A DNA stretch of 64,000 nucleotides, from positions 24,387 through 88,386 of IMG/VR virus record IMGVR_UViG_3300026097_001139. One strand, written 5' to 3'. Both the position numbers and the translations under genes were made by a program. The notes under the pieces were generated by a model. The model searched no databases. It worked only from the letters and a program-made list of their open reading frames with translations, and was not told where the DNA came from. The DNA is from a virus. Shown one piece after another: positions 54,423-63,917 of this stretch. Numbering within the stretch: position 1 is the stretch's first letter; each line of letters begins with the position of its first letter.

Positions 54423-55450
54423 TATTGTACAATGTCTCTTAGACTAGCGCCAAAATCTACTAGTTTGCTATTTCTGTTTACAGCGGCTCTCAAAGCATCA
54501 ATTGCAGGTAAATGATCACTGTGAGCTATGTTGCCTATCACATCCTGACTGGCAAAATCTCGCCAGGTGCCCCAATCTTCCAATCTATGTACCACGCCTT
54601 GAAAGTTATAATGTTCACATAAATCAACGAAATTGTCTATGTCATGCCAGTTATCTGCCTGAAGAACAAATTTCAATAACACTTCTGAGTCAGTGTGCGT
54701 TAGCCAATTGAGATTTTCTGTGAGATTTTTCCAACGACCTGGCTGTCTGACCTGTTCATATACCTCAGCACTTCCTGCGTCAATGCTGATAAAATATTGT
54801 GTTATGCTATTTAGAATGTCTGTGCCAGGCAGTAGTTTTTTCATCAACAGTCCATTGGTAAACAGTCTCACTGTTTGATATTGACTGGGAACAAATTCGC
54901 GAATCAATGGACGCATGATGTGACTGGCCAATGGATCGCCGTTGCCGCTCATCACAATGTGACATGGTTGATCAAAGTCCTCTAGTAAGCTGATCAAATG
55001 GCGTACCTGTGCGATCTTTTCTTCAAATTCGCCGTGGTCTGGACGAATCATTCTACTTTCGGGCCTGCAACTTGGGCACGCTAGATTACAACTTTCGTCA
55101 ATATTAATACTCACAGTGTAATGATCCTTGATTAAGTCACTGTGTAGCACTCCGCATCTATCTACAGCACAATGAAAAAAGTTACCACGGTCGATGTCTT
55201 GTTGTAACTGTTGAGCTGTGTTACTGTTCCATATGTCCTCTAGTTGATCAAACTTGGATATATGCCCAACACTGATAGGCAACCATGCTTCGCATGGACA
55301 TACAAAACAGTTGCCCTGCCAATCAACAACTAGGTCTCGACTTGGACTGTTACAACGATATGTTGTGGTGTGCCCTAGCTGTGCGTTGCGAGGTATGCTA
55401 TCATAGTTGTGCTGATGATAGCTGGGCACTGGCAACATGTTTAGGGACAA
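54422..55450 (-). CDS. radical SAM protein with N-terminal SPASM-like Cys cluster
   Basis: CNSP...CFVCPC...HCAVDRC, then SCNLACPSCR, GNGDP, FTNG, SIDAG. Confidence 0.87.
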   Translation of the reverse strand: MSLNMLPVPSYHQHNYDSIPRNAQLGHTTTYRCNSPSRDLVVDWQGNCFVCPCEAWLPISVGHISKFDQLEDIWNSNTAQQLQQDIDRGNFFHCAVDRCGVLHSDLIKDHYTVSINIDESCNLACPSCRPESRMIRPDHGEFEEKIAQVRHLISLLEDFDQPCHIVMSGNGDPLASHIMRPLIREFVPSQYQTVRLFTNGLLMKKLLPGTDILNSITQYFISIDAGSAEVYEQVRQPGRWKNLTENLNWLTHTDSEVLLKFVLQADNWHDIDNFVDLCEHYNFQGVVHRLEDWGTWRDFASQDVIGNIAHSDHLPAIDALRAAVNRNSKLVDFGASLRDIVQ

Positions 55451-56027
55451 GTTGGTAGAGTTCGCTATTGGTAGTACTCCATGTTAATTGATCTTGTTCT
55501 AGCAGTTTAGAAGTAAAGGTTGTGCCGGTTTCAGTGTACATGCTCCAGTCTGCTACAAAGAATCTTTGATTCATATTGCTCATATGATAAAAATTAAAAG
55601 GCCTACAGTGTGTACAAGCACCCCATGCACCGCCAACCACAAGCCAATCTTGTACATGTGGTACCATGTTTTGCATGTGATATTCCACTGCGTCTGGAGT
55701 AAGCAATGCAAAACTGTGCTTATTATACACAATATCCTGTAGATCTCTGTGTGCTTCTCTTGTGCCGGTATACTGCATCAAGGGCAGAACAAATTCAGGC
55801 GTGTAGTTGTTAAGACTGTATTCGCTGATGGTGTTTAATAAACTTGTGTCATAACGCACATCTAGTGCTACTTCGTAGTTGGCACTGATAACACTGTCTA
55901 GATAGTATTTTTCTAGATTGTACATCATGGCATCTACCCAGCGATCTAGGTAGGGTTCATCCCAAACATCGATAAAAATTACTCCACGAATGTTGGGTTT
56001 GGTGTTGCTGTAACAGTCTTTTAACAT
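55401..56027 (-). CDS. hypothetical protein (weak isochorismatase/cysteine-hydrolase-like)
   Basis: VIFIDVW, LVVGGAWGACTHCRP. Confidence 0.55.
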   Translation of the reverse strand: MLKDCYSNTKPNIRGVIFIDVWDEPYLDRWVDAMMYNLEKYYLDSVISANYEVALDVRYDTSLLNTISEYSLNNYTPEFVLPLMQYTGTREAHRDLQDIVYNKHSFALLTPDAVEYHMQNMVPHVQDWLVVGGAWGACTHCRPFNFYHMSNMNQRFFVADWSMYTETGTTFTSKLLEQDQLTWSTTNSELYQLVPKHVASAQLSSAQL

Positions 56028-56030
56028 CTA

Positions 56031-56762
56031 TTATTTGCTCTGTGCTGGAAGGATATAGTTGTATTCAGCAATGCCACTGTTTACTGTGATCTGTGCTGCT
56101 CCGTCATCTGAAATACGCACAGTTTTATCGCCAGTGAGGTCCATGATACCAGCAAAGTGCTTCACAGGCCAGGCCCAACCACGCGACAGTGCGCCGCCTA
56201 CTGCTGGATGAAATACAAAATCTCCAGCGTGTGTGCTGTGGTCACCAAAGTAAAACTTGAGGTCCCCATCTTCGGTTTTAGCTACAAAGTTAGGCTCTTC
56301 GGAGTTGGCTGATATCTGCATCTTAAGACGCTGAATGCCTGCCACAGATGGTTCAAATTCTACATGCCAGTTAGCGCCTTTGAACTTGAAATCCTTTAGC
56401 TTTTGTGTGACAATTTCACTGCTCATAAAACGATAATCGTTTTTAAAGTCACCAGTGGCGTTTTCAAAATGCAAGCCCACAGGTACAGTTTCGCCGTTGC
56501 GATCCTGTTTGTTTACGGTGATTTCGGCATTTTCTCTGTATTCACCTAGATTCAACAATACCTTTAGTTTGCTAAGATTGGGCAATCCGAATGTGCCAAT
56601 AAATTCAGCAACTGGTGTAAGATATCGACCTTGCACAACCACACTGCGATCATCGGCCATGCCAACAATTGCAGTTTCTTTGTCATCGCCAGTGATCTTT
56701 AACAGCTCAATACAGCCAAGATCAAAAGTATGCTCTACTAGATCTAGTAAGTAGTCTCTCAC
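56031..56762 (-). CDS. putative DNA polymerase sliding clamp (gp45-like)
   Basis: 243 aa, two-domain size, FGL.NL.KL..LL, YRFM, YNYILPA C-terminus; two genes from polB; GTG start with SD AAGGAG. Confidence 0.65.
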   Translation of the reverse strand: MRDYLLDLVEHTFDLGCIELLKITGDDKETAIVGMADDRSVVVQGRYLTPVAEFIGTFGLPNLSKLKVLLNLGEYRENAEITVNKQDRNGETVPVGLHFENATGDFKNDYRFMSSEIVTQKLKDFKFKGANWHVEFEPSVAGIQRLKMQISANSEEPNFVAKTEDGDLKFYFGDHSTHAGDFVFHPAVGGALSRGWAWPVKHFAGIMDLTGDKTVRISDDGAAQITVNSGIAEYNYILPAQSK

Positions 56763-56787
56763 AGTATTCTCCTTGTGTATGTAGATT

Positions 56788-56816
56788 AGTATATGGGGTA
56801 TTTAGAAAAAAGTCAA
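56788..56816 (-). promoter_or_regulatory. nested sigma70 plus late promoter for clamp gene
   Basis: TTGACT-17 nt-TATACT with CTAAATA (56799-56805) in spacer. Confidence 0.75.
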
Positions 56817-56825
56817 CAGTATTGA

Positions 56826-57773
56826 TTATAAAGGCATTGGTTTAGCAAGAGTTTGCCCTCCGCGTAATGTGGTTAATTCGCCAGGTGCTGTGCACTCAAT
56901 ATATCCAAGTCCGCTGTTGTGCATGGTTTTGTATATAATGGTGTACCCTAGCTCTTCCAGTATGCGAACCACTTCTCTGCCTGGGGTATAACATCTTTGT
57001 CGCGCTTCTACAAACTGAACAGCAGTTGAATCATCACAGTCATTGAATGTGAAAGCAAGCTTGCCGCCACTGCGTAACAGTGTTATAAATTCCTTGAAGT
57101 ATTTTTCTAACAGTTCAATTGGCCGCAGTTCAAAAAAGTTTGTTACCAAAATTAAGCCAATCTGCTTTGGAGGCAAATCCTGCATCATGGTATCAATATA
57201 CTCAATGGTGTCGGCAAAGCACAATCTACGCTGGTATCGCTTGCCAAACTGTTTTATACCCGGTAGCATGCTGTCCTGATTTGTGTCAACTAGATACAAA
57301 GGATCACAGGCTACCATTTCCCTCATGAAATCACAGGCCTGTGGTCTAAATACCACACCAGGAAATTGCCAATCTGTGATGATGTTGATACGATTTCGCA
57401 CAAGATCATCGAATTCCGGGTCAGTTTCTAAACTGTCCAGTCCTTCTGAACTGTCTTTGTTGTACTGATAAAAATTACTGCTGGCAGTGTAATAGGTGCC
57501 TTCGTGTTCAAGCACTTCCCGGAATACTTCTTCACGCAGTGCTCTAAAATGCAGTGGCAAACGTTTTGCATGCTGTATTGCCGCGCTATAATCACAATCT
57601 ATAGGATGATAGTTGTCCCATTCAATGTTTTCCAACTTGTGCTCTTCTGCAACACTTTCTATCAGATAAACAATTTCTCTCACTCGTTGGTCAGACTCGA
57701 TGCTGTCTATTAGATTAAGATAGGCAACCAGTTTACTTAAACTATGTCGTGCACGTATTCTATCACTAAGCAT
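56826..57773 (-). CDS. methyltransferase-fold protein (degenerate SAM motif)
   Basis: DPLYLVD, LPPKQIGLIL..NFF, LLRSGGKLAFTFND. Confidence 0.6.
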   Translation of the reverse strand: MLSDRIRARHSLSKLVAYLNLIDSIESDQRVREIVYLIESVAEEHKLENIEWDNYHPIDCDYSAAIQHAKRLPLHFRALREEVFREVLEHEGTYYTASSNFYQYNKDSSEGLDSLETDPEFDDLVRNRINIITDWQFPGVVFRPQACDFMREMVACDPLYLVDTNQDSMLPGIKQFGKRYQRRLCFADTIEYIDTMMQDLPPKQIGLILVTNFFELRPIELLEKYFKEFITLLRSGGKLAFTFNDCDDSTAVQFVEARQRCYTPGREVVRILEELGYTIIYKTMHNSGLGYIECTAPGELTTLRGGQTLAKPMPL

Positions 57774-60420
57774 CGCCGAAGTCGAACAAGTCCTCGAATG
57801 TGTTTTGTGTGTTTGTTGCGCTGGACAAATCCCAATCCAGCACTCCTAACAAGTTGTCGATTTTGCCGTCGATCAACACAGTTTCCATTTCGCCGTCGTC
57901 GAACGGCATGTCTTTAAACCACTGTGGCAAATGCAGTTCATCTGTGGGATAAGCAATACTGGTCCATCCTAGTGGATTCTTTTTCAACTTGCACACAATC
58001 ACTTTCATGCCATCAATAACTGTCATGCTATAGTTATCACTGTTCATTTCTTTGAGTGTATTCCAGTTCATGCCTGCTCGTACATGCCCGGGCATATTGG
58101 TTTTGCCTTCGCGTTTTTCTTTTTTAACATATTTGGTCAAGTTGTTTACACGCTTGGGCGATCCTTTCTCCCAGCCTGGTCTTTCAGAAAACTCGTACTT
58201 GAATTCTCTAATGCGTTCAATCACACTGTCTCTAGTGTATCCTTGCAGAACCATGTCGAGGATTTCTTTGAGAAAATTTTGTATTACCACCGGAGTGTCA
58301 GAACGTTTTAGATCCAAGCCCATGGCTTTAACTTTGCCAGGTTTGCCTTCTATGTCAAGACGTTTGCCTTCTTGGTCATACACCATCACAGCATATCGTT
58401 TCTTGGTAATAAACAAGCCTTTGGTGCCAGTGATTTCTCTACCACCTCGAATCACACTACCGCGTTTGCGTGGGCAATGAAATGCTTGTTCCATAAAGCC
58501 TGGAAAGCTGTCGTTTACTTCATCTGAGATGCTTTCGTACAGTTGTACAGCAATTTCTTTGTTCCATTCGACATCTTGTTCTTTGATCTCAGGCCATGCA
58601 CTGAAATAACAACTATCTGTGTCGCCGTAAATGATTGCTTTTCCTATATGATCATACTCGCCTGTTATGCACTGATTAACGTATGCATCCATGTGTTTAG
58701 CAATACTTCTGCCAGTGAGTGTGGTTGATTGCCCGATGCGTTTATCAAAGAATCTACATCCAGGATTGAGAATTGCGCCATACAGGCTGTTCAAGTTAAT
58801 CTTTTTTACCAGCTGCCGCTTGTCCCAGTATTCTTCGTCTACTTTGTTTGTAGATTCTTTTAGTTGGGCCTGCATTTCTTTACGTTCTGCGTACCAGCGT
58901 TCCAGCAAACCAGGAATAACTGCTTCAACTTCGCCTGTAAATATAGTGCCGTTTGCGCTGAGCATCCAGTTACTGTGACTGTCAAAGATCATTTTCCATA
59001 CTTCTGCGGCACTATGCACACTTTCTTCGCCGTTGACCCAGCGTATGGTTATTTCTGTGCCCCGCTGTTGTTCCATTACAGCAGTGTATTCCAAGCTTGC
59101 AAACAAACCTTCCCAGGCGGCAGCAAAGCTTGCACCATTACGCATGCGTTCTTGAATGTGATTATCTGTCATGTAAGGAACAAGCTGTCCTACAATAGTC
59201 TCTGGTCCCATGTTCAGTGCACGAATTGTACTGGGATATAGACTGTTAATATCGATTGAACCCACCCACTCATGAATGCCCTTTTTGGGATATGCTACGT
59301 AGGCACCAGCTGCCTGTGTATCTTCATCTGTGAGTCTTTGTTTGCGATTTGGAACAACCATGTTTCGAGCATGTGCTTCATTGATAATAGCCTGCTCTGT
59401 TACTGCAACTGCTCCCATTGTGGTTGGCAATAGTACAGTATTTTCATGTGCCAATGTGTTAGCAAGATCCAAAAACTTGAGTTTTTTGTCAATGTTGGCT
59501 AGCAGTACAACGTCTTGTCGGTTGTATTCAATAAACGTTTTGAAATCTTGATTGTAAAGCTGATCCAGTGTACCTTCGTACACTGTTTTACTGCCAAGGT
59601 TTTCGTATTCTCCGATAGCATCGAGACTGTAACTATGCCGTTCTTCGTAGGTGTACTTGCGATACAGTTGCATGTAGTCCATGTGCACCCTGCCAATCAA
59701 GTCAAATGTGATATTTTCAGCACCATAGCGTTCAAAGGTTCGCTGTTTGGGCAACTGTCCCCACAAACAGAATCGTCTAGTGTCATCCTTGCTGAGTACA
59801 CGGATACAGCGTTGCACAGTGTAAGGAATATCGTAGCCTTCTGAGTTCCAACCAGTAAGCACATCGGCGTCTTCGATTATATCCAAGAACGTGCTGATCA
59901 TCTCACCTTCATCCCAGAACAGAAAGGTGTTATCAAATTCTTCAACTTGTTCCTGTGCAGTTTCCTTGCTCATGTGCTTGGGCGGCACTGCCAGTGTGAT
60001 CAGTTGATCCAGCCAGTCAAGATACACTGTTATTGATGTAATAGGATTAAATGGATCATCAGGTGAACTATAACCGCGTTCTTGGTCAAAGTCCACCTCA
60101 ATGTCAAAAAATGCAGTGTGCAGTTTGGGTGCATCAACACCCTGGTAATGATCTGCTAAACAACGGAACACTGGATTGATATCACTTTCGTAGATATTTT
60201 TTCCGCTGTTGATTTTAACTTCTTTGTGAAATTCTTTGCTGTTTTTTGTAGCAAATCTGCTGACACTTGTTCCGTAAATGCTCTGGAACTTGCCCCGGGG
60301 ATCATCATAGTAAAACACATATTCGGCAGGGTATTCTTGATATATCCGCTCGCCGTTTTGTCTTTCTACAATGTGAATTCGATCTTGATTGCGATCAAAT
60401 AGTGCGTCTACGTAGCTCAT
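57766..60420 (-). CDS. family B DNA polymerase
   Basis: ExoI FDIEVD, ExoII WNSEGYD, ExoIII YNRQD, motif A DINSLYPS, motif B KINLNSLYG, motif C YGDTDS, KKRY. Confidence 0.97.
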   Translation of the reverse strand: MSYVDALFDRNQDRIHIVERQNGERIYQEYPAEYVFYYDDPRGKFQSIYGTSVSRFATKNSKEFHKEVKINSGKNIYESDINPVFRCLADHYQGVDAPKLHTAFFDIEVDFDQERGYSSPDDPFNPITSITVYLDWLDQLITLAVPPKHMSKETAQEQVEEFDNTFLFWDEGEMISTFLDIIEDADVLTGWNSEGYDIPYTVQRCIRVLSKDDTRRFCLWGQLPKQRTFERYGAENITFDLIGRVHMDYMQLYRKYTYEERHSYSLDAIGEYENLGSKTVYEGTLDQLYNQDFKTFIEYNRQDVVLLANIDKKLKFLDLANTLAHENTVLLPTTMGAVAVTEQAIINEAHARNMVVPNRKQRLTDEDTQAAGAYVAYPKKGIHEWVGSIDINSLYPSTIRALNMGPETIVGQLVPYMTDNHIQERMRNGASFAAAWEGLFASLEYTAVMEQQRGTEITIRWVNGEESVHSAAEVWKMIFDSHSNWMLSANGTIFTGEVEAVIPGLLERWYAERKEMQAQLKESTNKVDEEYWDKRQLVKKINLNSLYGAILNPGCRFFDKRIGQSTTLTGRSIAKHMDAYVNQCITGEYDHIGKAIIYGDTDSCYFSAWPEIKEQDVEWNKEIAVQLYESISDEVNDSFPGFMEQAFHCPRKRGSVIRGGREITGTKGLFITKKRYAVMVYDQEGKRLDIEGKPGKVKAMGLDLKRSDTPVVIQNFLKEILDMVLQGYTRDSVIERIREFKYEFSERPGWEKGSPKRVNNLTKYVKKEKREGKTNMPGHVRAGMNWNTLKEMNSDNYSMTVIDGMKVIVCKLKKNPLGWTSIAYPTDELHLPQWFKDMPFDDGEMETVLIDGKIDNLLGVLDWDLSSATNTQNTFEDLFDFGDA

Positions 60421-60481
60421 TGTTCTCCTGTGAATTTTGGCTCACTGACCATGGTTCATGTAACTTACGGTTACGATTCGT

Positions 60482-60510
60482 ATTATAACACTGTGTAGGA
60501 TATTTAGCAA
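60482..60510 (-). promoter_or_regulatory. sigma70 promoter overlapping late motif upstream of polymerase
   Basis: TTGCTA-17 nt-TATAAT with extended TG; TAAATA at 60501-60506 overlaps the -35. Confidence 0.72.
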
Positions 60511-60549
60511 TAGATGCAGATACAATTTTCGTGCTCTGCATCCTTGGTT

Positions 60550-61455
60550 TTACTCTGGTAACAGTTCGGCTTTTAATTCTCTCCAAAACTTTTCCTGTGC
60601 CCAAAAGTGCTCCATTGTTTCTTCATAGGTTAAAGCTACTACTTGTGCTTCGTCTTGTGCCCAGTAAGGAGCACCCGCCTGCAAATGTTCTGTAAACATG
60701 GCGTGCAGTTCACGTACACGTTTTTCTGGAACGTCTGCGTCTGTCATGATCCAATATTCAAGATTGATGTCGGCAAACTTGGTAGCACCTTGATCAACAA
60801 AGGTAGCATTTCCTCGGACAGGTTCTGTACCGGTAGCACCCACAATACTGACTTTGCCTGCTTTTTGATGCTTTTCTGCTTCGTCAATGAATCCAACATT
60901 GAGATCCAAGCTGCCGCCGATTACATCAAGCATGGGCTCTACTGTGCCCTTGTAAGGTACCATGATCAAATCTGTGTTTGGCAATCCAGTTTGCACTGTG
61001 GCGGCAATAAGATTGGTCACTGAGCCATTGATCATACCAATTGTGACACTTTCTTTGTCCTGTAGATCAGCCAAGGACTGGTATTCAGGCTTGCCTACAA
61101 TCAACACTGGCTGGTTGGTACTGATGCGTACCACTGGTTGAAGATCTGCTACTGCATGGCTGTCCTCTGGATAAAACAACGGGCGAATAAAATAACTGCT
61201 GCTCACTGACAGTAGTTCTGCACCGTTTTGTTGTGCCACTCGACGTGCTGCAATTGCACTGCCAGCACCTGGCTTGTGTGCTTGGACATAACGAAAATCT
61301 GGATCTACATCTGCATCATTTACTGCATCCAGCAACACCCGCACTGCCTGTGCTTGCACGTTGCCGATGCTGAAAGGCCAATACACAGGAACCTGCGTTT
61401 TTGCCATTGCACTAGTAGTCAAGAGAGTTGTAAAAATCGCTGCTAAAAATTTCAT
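60550..61455 (-). CDS. Bug/TctC tripartite tricarboxylate transporter substrate-binding protein
   Basis: Signal peptide MKFLAAIFTTLLTTSAMA, WPFS.G, HKPGAGSAIA, MVPYKG...DVIGG.LD; SD AAGGAG. Confidence 0.85.
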   Translation of the reverse strand: MKFLAAIFTTLLTTSAMAKTQVPVYWPFSIGNVQAQAVRVLLDAVNDADVDPDFRYVQAHKPGAGSAIAARRVAQQNGAELLSVSSSYFIRPLFYPEDSHAVADLQPVVRISTNQPVLIVGKPEYQSLADLQDKESVTIGMINGSVTNLIAATVQTGLPNTDLIMVPYKGTVEPMLDVIGGSLDLNVGFIDEAEKHQKAGKVSIVGATGTEPVRGNATFVDQGATKFADINLEYWIMTDADVPEKRVRELHAMFTEHLQAGAPYWAQDEAQVVALTYEETMEHFWAQEKFWRELKAELLPE

Positions 61456-61463
61456 AATAAAAA

Positions 61464-62453
61464 TTACTCCTTGATTATTTGTGAAAAGTTTTTGGTTTGA
61501 AAATGTGTTACCACTGGTAGATAAGATCCACAATCGCAACAACCGTTCCATTCATATTTAAGTTCATCGCCTAGGACGTAGTTAAAAATTGGCAGTGTTG
61601 ATATGTTGCTAAACACTGTTTTGCCCTGCTTTTCGCCTGGATACACAAAGTCAATGTTCAAATGCCGCTGACCGTGTTTGCAGGTGTAAAATGTTTGGCC
61701 CATTTCGCTGCTGCCGTAGTATTCAGTGACCGGACACTGAAACCTGTCCTGTATTTCTTGTGTTAGATCTGTAGGCGTGCCTGTGATTATGATCAGCTTC
61801 ATTGAGTGCTGTATATATTTTTCTATGTCCAGTTCCAGCAAGCGTTCTATTTTTTGCCCATTGGTTGCAAACACTGTAATGCCATAATCTCGAATGGTTT
61901 CCAGTTTGCGTGTTAAACTGGTGCTACGCTCTGGCACCACTGTGGTACCGCACAACCAGCTGGCAGCTTCTTCAATGGTTCGATATCCAGCTTGCGTGCT
62001 ACCTGGATCTGTGGTCAACAACAGATCCGAGCTGTTTACACCATAATGCTTGAGACCTCTGCTGGCTGGTGTTACATATTTCAACCATCTATTTAAACTG
62101 AAAGGCAGTCGACGCTTGGCACTGGTACTACCACTGTTTTCCACCATTATTGGGCCAGGTTCAAACATACCGTATGGCGGATGCTTTCGTTGTAGATCAT
62201 ACAGTTCTTCTGGTGTATGATCAGGACTGTGATCCATTAATTGATCTAACCAGATAGGGTCTTTATTGCCAAATGCCCATGTGTACTGCGCTTCGCTGAG
62301 GCTGTCACGCAGTACGCAAAAATGCAAATGCTGTTGATCGCAAAGAGCTTGATCACTGACTGTGTGTACTTCTGCAGTACACTGTAGAGAATTTAGAAAT
62401 TTAGATAATTCTGTACTGTTGTCTGGATAAGCTGTTTGACTTGCGATTGCCAA
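61464..62453 (-). CDS. phenylacetate-CoA ligase-like adenylate-forming enzyme (short)
   Basis: NSGSTS P-loop, EYYGSSEMG, PIFNYVLGD, CDCG. Confidence 0.72.
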   Translation of the reverse strand: MAIASQTAYPDNSTELSKFLNSLQCTAEVHTVSDQALCDQQHLHFCVLRDSLSEAQYTWAFGNKDPIWLDQLMDHSPDHTPEELYDLQRKHPPYGMFEPGPIMVENSGSTSAKRRLPFSLNRWLKYVTPASRGLKHYGVNSSDLLLTTDPGSTQAGYRTIEEAASWLCGTTVVPERSTSLTRKLETIRDYGITVFATNGQKIERLLELDIEKYIQHSMKLIIITGTPTDLTQEIQDRFQCPVTEYYGSSEMGQTFYTCKHGQRHLNIDFVYPGEKQGKTVFSNISTLPIFNYVLGDELKYEWNGCCDCGSYLPVVTHFQTKNFSQIIKE

Positions 62454-63036
62454 AATAGGTTCCTGTTTCGGTGATGTTTTTTGTGATCACGCTGTTGGCC
62501 AAAAAGTTACACATGGGTGCAATGTGTTTTGTGTCTTCGTCTGTGATCTTTGGTCCTAGCACACTGCTTCTTGTGCCCAATGCGGTGCCTTCTCCTACAT
62601 GACAGTTGTTGACATACACATAACTGCTGACATGACAAAAGTCACTGATCTTCACATCTCGTCCCAGTTGGCAATAGCAACTTAATATCACATGATGGCC
62701 AATATGTATAGGCGACCCCAATAGATCATTGTAACTGTTGATAAATGTATTAACTCCAATTGTTACGTTAGGATCTATTAAATTTTGTTCACCTACAATA
62801 CTAAAAAAAGCCACATGCTTGCTTTCGAGAAAATCGACAATCTTCCTTTTTAGATCGTAATCTCCTGTAACACACATGAATTGGTGTCTTTCAAACCAGC
62901 TGTTGTCCATCGATTGGACCTGTTCAAAACTACAAACACGACTAGGTCTTGCTAGGTTTTCGTGCAACTGCTGATTAAGACCAGTATTGCCTACAAAAAC
63001 AATAGGTTTATAGCGATCATGTATGATCTTGAACAT
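62401..63036 (-). CDS. hexapeptide-repeat O-acetyltransferase (NeuD/PglD-like)
   Basis: Left-handed beta-helix repeats VTIGVNTFI, IHIGHHVIL, VKISDFCHV, VGEGTALG, NSVITKNI. Confidence 0.8.
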   Translation of the reverse strand: MFKIIHDRYKPIVFVGNTGLNQQLHENLARPSRVCSFEQVQSMDNSWFERHQFMCVTGDYDLKRKIVDFLESKHVAFFSIVGEQNLIDPNVTIGVNTFINSYNDLLGSPIHIGHHVILSCYCQLGRDVKISDFCHVSSYVYVNNCHVGEGTALGTRSSVLGPKITDEDTKHIAPMCNFLANSVITKNITETGTYFGNRKSNSLSRQQYRII

Positions 63037-63039
63037 ACG

Positions 63040-63300
63040 TTACAGTGTGCGACCTGCAGTTTCCAACAGAGTTTCTAGCAGTTCTTGCTCTTCTTGTGTT
63101 TTCTGTAATTCACACTTGTGCGCAACACGAATTGCTTTTTTCAACACACTTGGTTTCACATCTAATTCTTCTGCTACTGCTTTTACAGTGTCGTTAAGAC
63201 CTTCGTTGAGGCTGGCAACTTCTGTCATAACCTGCATGCCTTCGTTGATGATTTGAGTAATCTTGGCTTGCTCTTCTGGATTAAAAACTCGTCCGTCCAT
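63040..63300 (-). CDS. small dsDNA-binding/transcription regulator-like protein (T4 DsbA-like)
   Basis: EVASLNEGLNDTVKAVAEELDVKPSVLKKAIRVAHK. Confidence 0.65.
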   Translation of the reverse strand: MDGRVFNPEEQAKITQIINEGMQVMTEVASLNEGLNDTVKAVAEELDVKPSVLKKAIRVAHKCELQKTQEEQELLETLLETAGRTL

Positions 63301-63308
63301 TTTATTTC

Positions 63309-63917
63309 CTAGTGTTTGTTAAAGTAATCTACAATGTCTTGTGCAACGGTTTTGTTGCCTCGATCAGTGTAGTGATTAATTGTTCCACGTTCTTTTTGCC
63401 ATATATCACTATAGCATCTAAAAAACTGCGGTGTGTACAATTCTTGCCAGTCTATGTGTGCAATATGCAAAACTGGTATAGCGTACTCTGTAAGTGTACG
63501 TTCAATATGCTCTATTGTCAACCTGTGTTGAAATTTTGCATGTTCTAAATCAAAAAAAGTTTCAAAATATTCCTTGACACACAGCAATTCTGGATAGAGT
63601 TCATGGTGTGCTTCGACGTCGCTGTATAAAAAGTCACAGTGTCGATGCATGCTGTTACAGTCATAAGCAGGATGATGTGGTGCATACAAGCGGTATGGAC
63701 TGGTATGACTTACAACAACATAATCAAAGTCAGCAGGATCTACAGTTTCAAGCTGTCTAGCAATGCGGTATTCACTGCATCCACATTGCGATAGGTTGGT
63801 AACAGAAAATGATTCTTCTAAAAGTGTAGGCCAACCCTTGCTGTTGGGATAATCTTGACGCCAATCTGCGCTGAAGCTGTCGCCCAATATAAGTAATCTT
63901 GCCTGCTGCATTGTCAT
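63309..63917 (-). CDS. SGNH-like protein
   Basis: ILGDSFS, NLSQCGCSEY, NHYTDRGN; likely start MTMQQ. Confidence 0.7.
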   Translation of the reverse strand: MTMQQARLLILGDSFSADWRQDYPNSKGWPTLLEESFSVTNLSQCGCSEYRIARQLETVDPADFDYVVVSHTSPYRLYAPHHPAYDCNSMHRHCDFLYSDVEAHHELYPELLCVKEYFETFFDLEHAKFQHRLTIEHIERTLTEYAIPVLHIAHIDWQELYTPQFFRCYSDIWQKERGTINHYTDRGNKTVAQDIVDYFNKH

